This document shows, one piece after another, positions 46,500 through 56,235 of a DNA stretch of 64,000 nucleotides; within the stretch, counting starts at the first letter, position 1, and every line of letters begins with the position of its first letter. The position numbers and the translations under genes are program-made. Below the pieces are notes generated by a model that did no database searches, was not told the DNA's origin, and worked only from the letters and a program-made list of their open reading frames with translations. The stretch is taken from positions 56,333 to 120,332 of IMG/VR virus record IMGVR_UViG_3300028260_000001; one strand, written 5' to 3'. The DNA is from a virus (lineage: Duplodnaviria > Heunggongvirae > Uroviricota > Caudoviricetes).

Positions 46500-48656
46500 A
46501 TGAACGTAATTCTCTATATTGATGACTGGAAAAAATTCCCATCGGCAATCGCTGACACCAAAACCAAGAACGAATCTTTCCTGAAACTCGTAGCGCTTTA
46601 CAAGAAGATGGGGATTAAGAACTCGGACTTCTGCCTGGCATTGTTCCAGCCAGAACTGCAGGGCGTAGACCCTTACGACGAAACTCTAGATGATGCTACA
46701 AAGATGAAGATCATGCTAGAGGCGAAGTATAACCCCTGGTATTACTTCCGTGAGATTGCGCGAATCCCACCTACCTCTGGTAACAACCCGATTCCATTCC
46801 GGGCTAACCGTGGTAACATTGCACTGTTCTGGTCTTTCTTCAACCACGTTGACTTCGGTTTGCTGCAACCACGTCAGACTGGTAAGTCGGTATCGACTGA
46901 CGTACTGATGACTGGCATGATGTACATCTGGGGTGAGAACACTGTAATCAACCTGATTACTAAAGATACAAAACTGAAGAACGCTAACGTTGAGCGTCTG
47001 AAGATCATGATGGACTTGCTGCCTAAGTACATCCATGAGAAAGACTTCTCTGACGTTGACAACCAAGACATGATGACTTGTATCCGTCTTGGTAACAAGT
47101 ACAAGACTTCGGTAGGTCGTAACGATAAGATCGCTGCGGATAAACTCGGTCGAGGTTTGACTGTACCTATCATGCACTTCGACGAACTTGCGTACATCAA
47201 CTTAATCGAATACTCTCTACCAGTTGCACTGGCTTCTGGTTCTGCAGCTCGTGAAGAAGCTGCTGCTCAAGGTCAGCCATACGGCAACATCTTTACTACA
47301 ACGGCTGGTAACATTACTACCCGTGATGGTGAATTCGCACATGGTTTCTTGACTGGTGGTGCGCCATGGACTGAAACTTGGTTTGACATTGCTGACCAGA
47401 AGACTCTGCACAAAGTCGTAGAGAAAACTTCCAGTGGTCAGAAGCCGATCATCTACGGTGCATTCAACCACCGTCAGCTTGGCCGTACTGACGAATGGCT
47501 GTTCAAGACATTGCGTGACTCTGCTCAGTATGGCGAGATCGCTGACCGAGATTACTTCAACATCTGGACCGTTGGTGGTGAGGGTTCTCCGATTACCCAA
47601 GAACAGAAGAAACGGATTAAGGACTCTGAACGAGAACCAGTGTGGACAGAGATCACACCTGAAGGCTACACCGTACGTTGGTTCGTGTCGAAAGAGCATG
47701 TTGAATCACGGATGGCTAATAGTCGTTACGTAATGGGTCTTGACCCTTCGGAACTCTTAGGCGAGAAGTCTGACTCCACGGGTATGGTTATCATCGATAT
47801 CGAAACACACGACATCGTTGCTACTGGTCGATACAATGAAACGAACGTTCCTCAACTGTCGGCATTCATTGCAGCGATTCTGATCCGTTATCCAAACATC
47901 ACATTCGTTCCAGAACGTAAGTCGATGGGTATGGCGATTATTGACTACGTTGTGATTGCATTGCACAGGGCTGGTATCGATCCATTCAAACGTATCTTCA
48001 ACCGTATCGTTGACGATGCTACCATTATGGAATCTGAGTTCCGTGATATCCAAACTCCGATGTCTGCTCGATCCCCTACGTTCTATGATCGATTCAAACG
48101 TCACTTCGGCTTTAACACCGCGGGCAGTGGTCGGTATTCGCGCGATGCACTTTACGTGGTTTCGCTTCCTAGTTCGATGGACTACGGTTCTCGTCGTATG
48201 CATTGTAACTTGCTAATTACCGAAATCTTGGCATTGACTATCCGCAATGGTCGTATTGACCACAACCGCGGTAACCACGATGACTTGGTAATTTCCATGT
48301 TGCTGGCACACTGGCTGTGTATCCAAGGTCAGAACCTTTCTTACTACGGTATTAACTCTAACAACATCTTCTCTAAAGCACAGATCTCGGATCGTGAACT
48401 TACGAAGATTGAAGTGTATCGTGAAGAAGTAGGTTCTCGGGCTAAGCAGGAATTCGATGCATTGATCGAAGAGATGAAAGGGGAGAAGAACCCGATGATC
48501 TCTGCTAAGATCGAATTGAAACTCCGTGCATTGTCTCGGCACATCAACTTGGAAGAAGCATCGGGTGCTGGTATCGATGCAATGATTCGCCAAGTGAAAG
48601 AAGAGCGTACTCGTAAGGTTCGTTCTAATCGGTATACTCCGACCGTGATGATGTAA
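46500..48656 (+). CDS. terL: Terminase large subunit
   Basis: 718 aa; Walker A PRQTGKS, GRG.T.P..HFDE Walker B, nuclease YVMGLDPS and NHDDLV motifs. Confidence 0.92.
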   Translation: MNVILYIDDWKKFPSAIADTKTKNESFLKLVALYKKMGIKNSDFCLALFQPELQGVDPYDETLDDATKMKIMLEAKYNPWYYFREIARIPPTSGNNPIPFRANRGNIALFWSFFNHVDFGLLQPRQTGKSVSTDVLMTGMMYIWGENTVINLITKDTKLKNANVERLKIMMDLLPKYIHEKDFSDVDNQDMMTCIRLGNKYKTSVGRNDKIAADKLGRGLTVPIMHFDELAYINLIEYSLPVALASGSAAREEAAAQGQPYGNIFTTTAGNITTRDGEFAHGFLTGGAPWTETWFDIADQKTLHKVVEKTSSGQKPIIYGAFNHRQLGRTDEWLFKTLRDSAQYGEIADRDYFNIWTVGGEGSPITQEQKKRIKDSEREPVWTEITPEGYTVRWFVSKEHVESRMANSRYVMGLDPSELLGEKSDSTGMVIIDIETHDIVATGRYNETNVPQLSAFIAAILIRYPNITFVPERKSMGMAIIDYVVIALHRAGIDPFKRIFNRIVDDATIMESEFRDIQTPMSARSPTFYDRFKRHFGFNTAGSGRYSRDALYVVSLPSSMDYGSRRMHCNLLITEILALTIRNGRIDHNRGNHDDLVISMLLAHWLCIQGQNLSYYGINSNNIFSKAQISDRELTKIEVYREEVGSRAKQEFDALIEEMKGEKNPMISAKIELKLRALSRHINLEEASGAGIDAMIRQVKEERTRKVRSNRYTPTVMM

Positions 48657-48680
48657 CGAAACAAAAAAAAATAAAGCGAA

Positions 48681-48700
48681 TGGCTCTCCCGAAGGAGAGC
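48681..48700. terminator. Terminator between convergent genes
   Basis: GGCTCTCC-CGAA-GGAGAGCC with a T-tract on the minus strand. Confidence 0.7.
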
Positions 48701-48710
48701 CAATTTGCCG

Positions 48711-49454
48711 TTACTTCACCAGGAACTGGAGAGTCATGTCTTTCTCAGCAGTCTGCAGTGCAAGCGACAGGCTATTCGGATTGATCAACAGTTCCATATC
48801 GCGCGCGGTCAAACCAACGGTGCGATGGAGTTTGATGATAGGCGCATCACTACCACAGAAGTCTGCGTTACCGATCCATACCCGGCCATCGTCGTCCATG
48901 AAGTGAACCATCCCGTTAGGGCTTTGTTTAAAGTACTTGCTAACGCGGCGCATTTCCAGGTTCTGCTTCACGATCCCGCTCAGGGCATCTGAAGCTTCCT
49001 TGGCGAAATTGATCGGGCGAGTATTCCATTCGTTGTCGATCTTCAGTTGAATAGCGACGAGCGTTTCTTTGTCGCGTTCTACTTTAGCTGGAGAACGCTC
49101 TGGATGTTCCGACAACATCAGGTACTGTGAACGAAGGCTCGGGAGATCCAGTACTTCCAATCCATCCAGTTCCATCGGCAGACCGCCATCGGGTTTGGCC
49201 AGATGGATCGATACCAGCGGCGTGAAGCACATGACTTCACCACACAGCGTCTTCTGGATTGGGTGGGTTGGGTAGTGACGCAGCAGGTATTCCCACATGT
49301 GTGGCATCACATCGATATCCACGTCTTCGGTGACTTCGCGCAGGCCATGCATCACAGCAGCAGAACCGGCAGTGATGACGAAGTTGTCTGGGGTAACGTT
49401 CAGCAGTACGCTCAGGGCATTGACTTGAGCGATGATCAGTTCTTTGGTCAGCAT
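48711..49454 (-). CDS. Protein with an N-terminal nucleotidyltransferase-like domain
   Basis: FVITAGSAAVMHGLREVTEDVDIDV resembles the hG[GS]x9-13DhD Pol-beta signature. Confidence 0.6.
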   Translation of the reverse strand: MLTKELIIAQVNALSVLLNVTPDNFVITAGSAAVMHGLREVTEDVDIDVMPHMWEYLLRHYPTHPIQKTLCGEVMCFTPLVSIHLAKPDGGLPMELDGLEVLDLPSLRSQYLMLSEHPERSPAKVERDKETLVAIQLKIDNEWNTRPINFAKEASDALSGIVKQNLEMRRVSKYFKQSPNGMVHFMDDDGRVWIGNADFCGSDAPIIKLHRTVGLTARDMELLINPNSLSLALQTAEKDMTLQFLVK

Positions 49455-49463
49455 GGAAAATCC

Positions 49464-49712
49464 TTAAATGTTGTAGGCTTTGCAGCGGAGAGAGATTTGG
49501 AACAGTGATTTGCTATCGTCGTTGAACATTTCGATATGGAGGACTTCGTCACCCCAGTACCAAATATGCCATTTGTTTCCATCGATGTCAAGCTTGTCAT
49601 TAAACTCGACATCGTTTTCCAGCTTCTCGCGATAACGTTCGCAGAGCTGTTGAACGGTTGGCATGTACTCAACCAACCGAGTGATACCAGTGGTTGCATC
49701 GATACGATACAT
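49464..49712 (-). CDS. Hypothetical protein
   Basis: 82 aa. Confidence 0.55.
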   Translation of the reverse strand: MYRIDATTGITRLVEYMPTVQQLCERYREKLENDVEFNDKLDIDGNKWHIWYWGDEVLHIEMFNDDSKSLFQISLRCKAYNI

Positions 49713-49765
49713 AAAAACTTCCTAGCGTGTAAAAAGGAAGGAGCCCGAAGGCTCCCCCAAAGGAG

Positions 49766-50107
49766 TTAACGTGCAGCTTGTGCAGCGCGAATCGTGCGAC
49801 CGATATGGTAGAAGTCAGAAGCCAGTGCTTCCAGTTCTTCGCCCATATGCGGATGGTATTCTTTGTTCACCCAGACCAAGCAATCAATCAAGCATTCGAA
49901 ATCATCGAACTCGATGTCATGGGTGATGGTACCTTTCGATTGATCGAAGGTCACCAGTGTTACGTTGTCTTTGGTAATCGTCAGGACATCGTCATCCACT
50001 TCGAAAGTGAAGGCGGTGCCGTACGGAGAATATTCGGTCAGGAAACGTTCGTCAGAGGCGATGAACAGTTTCATCAACAAGTGCAGCTTCTTCATTTGCT
50101 TTTTCAT
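49766..50107 (-). CDS. Hypothetical protein
   Basis: 113 aa with AAGGAG RBS. Confidence 0.6.
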   Translation of the reverse strand: MKKQMKKLHLLMKLFIASDERFLTEYSPYGTAFTFEVDDDVLTITKDNVTLVTFDQSKGTITHDIEFDDFECLIDCLVWVNKEYHPHMGEELEALASDFYHIGRTIRAAQAAR

Positions 50108-50137
50108 CGGTGCAGCTCCTTGGTTTGTGCAGCTATC

Positions 50138-50527
50138 TTAATTTACTTCAGGTTCAACGTCAACATCTTTTTTCGGATGTTTTACATCAATGCAGCGGAG
50201 AATCGCGAAGCTCTTATCGAGCTGACCAGCCAGACGTTTAGCTTCATCTTTAGCCAGTCGTTTGGTTTGATGCATCCATGGACGAGGTGATGGATGAATC
50301 GTTCCCGTTGGGCTGACTTGCGCGACAATGAACTTGCCAACAGGTCGACCACAATCATCAGCTTCAATACCCCAACTCGAATTATGGTAAAGGACATAGC
50401 CTCGCCACATACCCTGGGTTTTGGATGAAGCATAACCGTCATCACTAACCCTTCGATTTAGGTTCGCATTAGGATGACGCTTCTTCAAGTCTTGTTCAAA
50501 TTGTTCACGCAGCTCTACTAACGACAT
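50138..50527 (-). CDS. Hypothetical early protein
   Basis: 129 aa with AGGAG RBS; promoter upstream. Confidence 0.6.
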   Translation of the reverse strand: MSLVELREQFEQDLKKRHPNANLNRRVSDDGYASSKTQGMWRGYVLYHNSSWGIEADDCGRPVGKFIVAQVSPTGTIHPSPRPWMHQTKRLAKDEAKRLAGQLDKSFAILRCIDVKHPKKDVDVEPEVN

Positions 50528-50552
50528 CTCTTTGCTCCTATTGATTCACGAA

Positions 50553-50572
50553 AGTAATATAGGCTTTTAAAA
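50553..50572 (-). promoter_or_regulatory. Early promoter motif (divergent upstream part)
   Basis: Minus strand TTTTAAAAGCCTATATTACT contains TATATTAC. Confidence 0.6.
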
Positions 50573-50617
50573 TGTTTAAATGTCACGGTATAAAGCCTCC
50601 CACTAGGGGAGGCTCTT

Positions 50618-51100
50618 TTATCGTCTTACCCAACGCTTGATAACACAGTCGTCGTAATCTTCCTGTGTCAGCAATCGCCAACGCACAGGACTGATAGTAG
50701 GACGGAACCAAGTATCGGCATTGTGTACTGGTGTCAAGATAGTCGTGATGTGCATTTCATCACACGACCCGTAGTAGTCATGGAACAACGAACTACCACC
50801 AATAATGAACAGCTTAGTCAGTCCGATCTTACGAGCAGCTGCTTTAGCTTCATCAAAGCTCGACACTACCACACAACGTTCATCATCAATTGGGATAGAT
50901 GACAACACAATGCATACGCGACCCGGTAGTTTGTTAGGTGGCAATGATTCCCAGGTCTTACGACCCATCACACACCCATGGGTTTCCCCTACAGTTGTCT
51001 TCTTGAAATAACGCATGTCATTGAAGCATTTCCAAGGGAGTCGATTCTCGTAACCGATTTCCCCTTTTGTACCAGTTGCAGCAATCAGGATTAGTTTCAT
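50618..51100 (-). CDS. folA: Dihydrofolate reductase
   Basis: IG.ENRLPW, DMRYFKKTT, VMGRKTWESLP, LPGR and FIIGG motifs. Confidence 0.95.
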   Translation of the reverse strand: MKLILIAATGTKGEIGYENRLPWKCFNDMRYFKKTTVGETHGCVMGRKTWESLPPNKLPGRVCIVLSSIPIDDERCVVVSSFDEAKAAARKIGLTKLFIIGGSSLFHDYYGSCDEMHITTILTPVHNADTWFRPTISPVRWRLLTQEDYDDCVIKRWVRR

Positions 51101-51906
51101 TACATGATTCCAGACATGCTACCGCAGCCAGATGCTACGTAGTCGTTAAAGCTACCCAGTGGATTACTAGGTAGAGGATCCATATTCAGATGTCCGCCCA
51201 TCTGTGTGTTGATCTTGCCATCGCCTTTAGGTTGTTGGCTATCGAGCAATGCTTTCGGAATAGGTAATGGTTCATAACCAGCAGGACGCAGTTTCTTAAT
51301 TGCATCACTGATGGCTTCTTGGACTTCACCATTATCGATACCGAGTTTGTCCAATTCCTGAGGTTCATATTTCTTAACGGATTGTTTACCGTTCTCGAAC
51401 TCGTAGATGAAGGAACCACCGAAGCTACCACGAATAGGAGCAAAGCTCTCGTGTTGTGCTGCGATACAGTTCACCAAAGCCAGCGAACCATACAGACCTA
51501 CGTTCTCGATGGTGGTTTGGAATGTCTCTACTGGAACGTTAGCACCTTCGATATACTCCGGATGTCCTTTAACTGTCATCGGGTGTTTGGTGATACCCGA
51601 TACGAAAATGGAATCGTCCTCAGCATCGTAGATGATCTGGTATTGTACAGCCAGATACTTCAGTTTGATCTTGTCTTGGAACTGATACGAGAACAACATG
51701 AACTCGAGTGGATTGTGATTCGTCAGGAATGGATGATCCCCCGACAGTACACCCAGCAGTAGTTTCGTTTGGTCATACGACAACTCATGCAGTTGGCCTG
51801 ATGCCCCTTCGATTCGAACAGTATTGGAAATATACTCTTCGTTGTCTTCAGTCATACGCATGCGATTAGCGATATCGTTGAACATTTCATGTACTGGGTT
51901 GGTCAT
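51100..51906 (-). CDS. Hypothetical protein
   Basis: 268 aa, coupled to folA. Confidence 0.6.
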   Translation of the reverse strand: MTNPVHEMFNDIANRMRMTEDNEEYISNTVRIEGASGQLHELSYDQTKLLLGVLSGDHPFLTNHNPLEFMLFSYQFQDKIKLKYLAVQYQIIYDAEDDSIFVSGITKHPMTVKGHPEYIEGANVPVETFQTTIENVGLYGSLALVNCIAAQHESFAPIRGSFGGSFIYEFENGKQSVKKYEPQELDKLGIDNGEVQEAISDAIKKLRPAGYEPLPIPKALLDSQQPKGDGKINTQMGGHLNMDPLPSNPLGSFNDYVASGCGSMSGIM

Positions 51907-52286
51907 AAGCTTTTCTCTGTTAGTGGCATTGGAAGTGTGGCTAGATCTACGTATCGCTCATGCAGGTCTTTAGCTAATACGATAGAGTAATTGAGGATTC
52001 TTTTCTTGTGATCTCGATGGAACCTTACCCAGTCTCCTGGACAGATCACTCGGTTTGGTACGATGGACGGGTCAGGCACGATCATCTTGAGTAAGATACC
52101 ATGCTTACCAATTGCTACACCACAATTGGGGCAGTGTTGTGCTCCAGTGAAGTTATCATAAGAAGGATGTCTTCCTACGATAGCTCCACTATTGATGTTA
52201 TTGATGACACCATCTCCAGGTATGTCACCATTCTTCAACCATTGATAAACTTCTATTGGTTCTGGCTTGGGTATGTAGATAGCCAT
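51903..52286 (-). CDS. Phage protein with a CxxC zinc-ribbon-like motif
   Basis: KPEPIEVYQW..NGD...HCPNCG...HG...ICPGDWV pattern. Confidence 0.6.
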   Translation of the reverse strand: MAIYIPKPEPIEVYQWLKNGDIPGDGVINNINSGAIVGRHPSYDNFTGAQHCPNCGVAIGKHGILLKMIVPDPSIVPNRVICPGDWVRFHRDHKKRILNYSIVLAKDLHERYVDLATLPMPLTEKSL

Positions 52287-52603
52287 TGTACTGTCCTATT
52301 GGCATATTGAATCATACTCTAAGGGTAAGCAGTATTTAATCCAATTAGCCCCTGTAAGGGGGTTATAAGAAGGATAAGGAGGAAGGCTAAGGGTCTATTA
52401 GGGTTTGTTTCTAAAAGCCTCTAATGATGTTATAAAACAGAATAAAAGCCTTCCTCCTTTGCTCTTAGCAGTCCTTCAACATACTATGCGTCGGGGAGGT
52501 AAAATCTTCCCCGAAGAGGTAAGTTGAGAAATACTCAAGTCACTAAAACTATGTTTAAAGATTTGATATTTTGATATCACAAACAGACATTCATGGTAAA
52601 CAA

Positions 52604-54889
52604 ATGATCAAGACAATCATCAAGTTGGACGGCACTGAAGAACCCTACATGGCTAGCAAGGCCAATGGCTGGGGTGAGTGGTTCTCTAAAAATCTGCATA
52701 ACATCGACTGGGCATCTGTTGTAATGGATACAGTAGCTGAGATGCCAGAGAAAGTGAGCTCTCAGGAATTCCAACAAGCCCTTATCAACCGTCTGCTGGA
52801 TATGGAAACCTGGTCTGCTTATGTAGCAGCTGGTCGCCTGTACGCAGTAAGCGTACGCAAGAAGATCTATGGCATGGATGGTATCCCAACCATCAAGGCA
52901 CTGCATGCCCGCATGCGCAAAGACAAAGTAATGGTTAAGTTGGATTACTCGACTCGTGAGTATGCCGAACTTGAGAAACTGATCGACCATGATCTGGATC
53001 TGGATTCTCCACACTTTGCACTGCACCACATTCGTCAGAAGTATTCCCTGATGAACCGTGTAACCAAGAAAGAGTACGAGACACCACAGTTCACCTACAT
53101 GCGTATGGCAATGGCACTGGCTGAGAAAGAGCCTGCTGCAAAACGTATGGAACACGTACGGAATTGGTACGAGATGTTCTCTCAACGAGAACTGTCTGCC
53201 CCTACTCCGAACTACGTCAACCTGGGTACTGTGCTGAAAGGCTTTGCATCGTGCTGCTTGTTCGCTTCGGGTGACAACGGTGTATCGCTGGCAGTTGGTG
53301 ACTACATCGCTAACGTGATGACTCAGAAGGCTGCAGGCATCGGTGTTAACCTGATTACCCGTTCTCTGAACGATCCAGTTCGTAACGGTCTGATCAAACA
53401 CCAAGGTAAACTGCCTTACATCGCTGCTCAGGGTAAAGCTGTCCGTGCTAACACTCAGAACGGTCGTGGTGGTGCAATCTCGTTGTACTACAATGCTTAC
53501 GATCCAGAAGTAGAAGTCATCTCCCGTCTCCGTAACCCTAAGTCCACGGACGACAAGAAGAACCGTGACCTGCACTACGCAATGATGACCAACACCTTTA
53601 CTGCGTGGTTGGTAGCAAACAACAAACCGATGATGACCTGGAACGTATTCACTGCTCCAGATCTGCACGAAGCATTCTACGATGGTGATGCTTCGAAGTT
53701 CATCAAGCTGTACTTCAAATACGAAGCTGATCCAAAGTTCAAGAAAGTTTACGTCGATGCTCGTAAGGTCGTACTGACTGCTCTGAACGAAGGTATTGAA
53801 ACTGGTACTGCGTACTGGGCTAACATTACCGAGATGAACAAGCACACTCCGTTCCTGGATCCAATCCTGTCCTCGAACCTGTGCTTGGAAATCTGTCAGC
53901 CTACCGCACCATACTACTCGATGCAAGATCTGCACTCGACTGAAGATCATGGTCGTGGTGAGATCGCTACTTGCTCGTTGGCGGCTATCGTCGTGAACAA
54001 CATCCATACCCAAGAACGGTATCAGGAAGTTGCTTACTATGCACTGAAGATGATCGACTACTGCATCGACAATTCCGAGTATGCTTTCCCGCATCTGGAA
54101 CTGACTGCCAAGTCTCGTCGTTCTGCTGGTGTTGGCATCATGGGTCTGGCTACCCACATGGCTAAACGCAAACTGAAGTATTCTTCGGAAGAAGGTCTGC
54201 GTGAAATGCATCGTGTGGCTGAACGTCACATGTACTGCCTGATCAATGCGTCGCTGCGTATTGTTGAAGAACGTGGTCTGGCTCCATGGATCCATAAAAC
54301 CAAGTGGCCTGAAGGCTGGTTGCCGATCGATACCTACAACCGTAACATCGACACCGTTGTACCAGGTGGCTTTGTTAACGAACAAGACTGGGAACCTCTG
54401 CGTGCTCGTATTGTCCGTGCTGGTGGTCTGGCTCACTCCGTTTTGGCTGCGTACATGCCAGGCGAAGCTTCTTCGAAAGCTCTGGGCGGTGCCAACTCGC
54501 TCTACGCTGTTCGTGCACTGACTATCATCAAGACCGACAACAACGTTACCATTCAGTGGGCTGCTCCTTACAGCGATGACCCTGAATACGAATATGAGAT
54601 CGCTTGGGAAATCCCAACCGAGTATCAGATCTACGGTTACGGTGTATTCCAGAAGTGGACTGACGGCGGTATCTCGGCTGACCTGTTCCGTCGAATCCTA
54701 CCAGGTCAAGAAACGATCAGCTCGAACGAAATGATCAGTGACTGGCTGTTGATGGTCTGGATCGGTATGAAGACTCGTTACTACCACAACGTTGAAATCG
54801 TAGCAAGTGCTTCGTTGGACGGTGGTCAGTCTGCATTCACGAACACCACAGAAGAAGCTGGTTGTGCTGGCGGCGCTTGCTCTCTCTAA
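52604..54889 (+). CDS. nrdA: Ribonucleoside-diphosphate reductase class Ia alpha subunit
   Basis: SAPTP, ASCCL, SSNLCLEI, ATCSLAA, GVGIMG, MKTRYY and C-terminal CAGGACSL redox pair. Confidence 0.96.
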   Translation: MIKTIIKLDGTEEPYMASKANGWGEWFSKNLHNIDWASVVMDTVAEMPEKVSSQEFQQALINRLLDMETWSAYVAAGRLYAVSVRKKIYGMDGIPTIKALHARMRKDKVMVKLDYSTREYAELEKLIDHDLDLDSPHFALHHIRQKYSLMNRVTKKEYETPQFTYMRMAMALAEKEPAAKRMEHVRNWYEMFSQRELSAPTPNYVNLGTVLKGFASCCLFASGDNGVSLAVGDYIANVMTQKAAGIGVNLITRSLNDPVRNGLIKHQGKLPYIAAQGKAVRANTQNGRGGAISLYYNAYDPEVEVISRLRNPKSTDDKKNRDLHYAMMTNTFTAWLVANNKPMMTWNVFTAPDLHEAFYDGDASKFIKLYFKYEADPKFKKVYVDARKVVLTALNEGIETGTAYWANITEMNKHTPFLDPILSSNLCLEICQPTAPYYSMQDLHSTEDHGRGEIATCSLAAIVVNNIHTQERYQEVAYYALKMIDYCIDNSEYAFPHLELTAKSRRSAGVGIMGLATHMAKRKLKYSSEEGLREMHRVAERHMYCLINASLRIVEERGLAPWIHKTKWPEGWLPIDTYNRNIDTVVPGGFVNEQDWEPLRARIVRAGGLAHSVLAAYMPGEASSKALGGANSLYAVRALTIIKTDNNVTIQWAAPYSDDPEYEYEIAWEIPTEYQIYGYGVFQKWTDGGISADLFRRILPGQETISSNEMISDWLLMVWIGMKTRYYHNVEIVASASLDGGQSAFTNTTEEAGCAGGACSL

Positions 54890-54940
54890 CTCGAATGGGT
54901 GGCTTCGGTCACCCTGTTCTCCCCAATTGGAAATAAACAA

Positions 54941-56155
54941 ATGTCTGAACCAAAAGTAGCTGAGATGTCGGCGAAGATTTTCAACATCGACAAGAATGAT
55001 TACGGTAACTACAACATCATCCTTGGTGAAGATCCAGGTCTGCTCGACTCCATTACTCACAACCACCCGGAAGCTTGGGCTGTCTACAAGCGTCTGCGTA
55101 GCTTGGACTGGGATGAACTAGAGTTCGACTTCTCCACATGTAACGCTGATTTCAAGTCATGTGATCGTTCTATCTACGACATGATGATCAAAACGCTTGC
55201 CTGGCAATGGGAAGCTGACTCGATCGCTTCTCGCTCGATCGTAACGATCCTTGGTAATGTTATTACCGATGGTCGTGTATGGACTGGTTACAACCGTATC
55301 TCTGAAAACGAATGTGTACACGCACTGACGTATTCGGAAATCGTTCGTGGTTCGTTCGATGACCCTGATGAAATCCGTGAGGAAATTCTGAAGGTAGAAG
55401 AAGCACATTCGCGTATGAAGACCGTATCGGAAATCATGGCACGTGCTCACCAGACTTCGTTGAAATATGGTCTGGGTCAAGTAGAGAACAACCAAGAGAC
55501 CTACAACGATATCTTCATGTTCCTGGTAGCTCTGTACTTCCTGGAACGTATTCAGTTCATGGCATCGTTTGCTGTGACCTTCGCTATCGGTCGTACTGGT
55601 CTGTTCCAACAAATCACCAAAGCTGTTCAGAAGATCGCTATTGACGAATTCGAGATCCACGCTCAGTTCGGTCAACACGTACTGCGCGCAGAGCTCGCTA
55701 CTGAACGTGGTCGTACCGCTTACGAACAGTGCCGTGAACTGATCATCAAACTGCTGTGGGAAATCATTCGCACTGAAGTTGAATGGGCACTGTACCTGTT
55801 CTCCGAAGGTCGTGAGCTGACTGGCGTTACTGCTAAGTCTCTGATCCAATGGGTTCTGTTCAACGCTAAAGCGGCTGCAGAATTCCTGGGAGTCAAAGAT
55901 GATATCTGGTTCCGCTTCGATGCAGACTTCGAGCAAATGGCTGGCTTTGAATTCGTATGGCCTGAGAAGAACCCTCTGCCGTATATGACGAAGTACATTC
56001 AGATTTCGGGTACTCAGTCTTCTGCACAAGAAGAGAAGAAAGGCGATTACATGACGAACCTGTTGACTCGTCGTGATGAGAACGAAATCTTCAAATTCGA
56101 TATCGAAGGTGTCGATGTAGAGGCACTGCGTAGAGAAGCATTCGGTACTGAATAA
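54941..56155 (+). CDS. nrdB: Ribonucleoside-diphosphate reductase class Ia beta subunit
   Basis: Di-iron/tyrosyl motifs WEADS, ENECVHALTY, LERIQFMASF and DEFEIHA. Confidence 0.95.
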   Translation: MSEPKVAEMSAKIFNIDKNDYGNYNIILGEDPGLLDSITHNHPEAWAVYKRLRSLDWDELEFDFSTCNADFKSCDRSIYDMMIKTLAWQWEADSIASRSIVTILGNVITDGRVWTGYNRISENECVHALTYSEIVRGSFDDPDEIREEILKVEEAHSRMKTVSEIMARAHQTSLKYGLGQVENNQETYNDIFMFLVALYFLERIQFMASFAVTFAIGRTGLFQQITKAVQKIAIDEFEIHAQFGQHVLRAELATERGRTAYEQCRELIIKLLWEIIRTEVEWALYLFSEGRELTGVTAKSLIQWVLFNAKAAAEFLGVKDDIWFRFDADFEQMAGFEFVWPEKNPLPYMTKYIQISGTQSSAQEEKKGDYMTNLLTRRDENEIFKFDIEGVDVEALRREAFGTE

Positions 56156-56235
56156 CGGCAGATTGGCTTCCCCTAGGGGAAGCCCTTATGTCGCTGCTAA
56201 TCCTATATCAACAAACACACAGCAAGGACACCGCA

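Noticed and set aside
18205-54889. Inteins or introns in the DNA polymerase, terminase or NrdA
   Set aside because: Lengths are typical, motifs are contiguous, and no intein splice-junction or homing-endonuclease motifs were seen.
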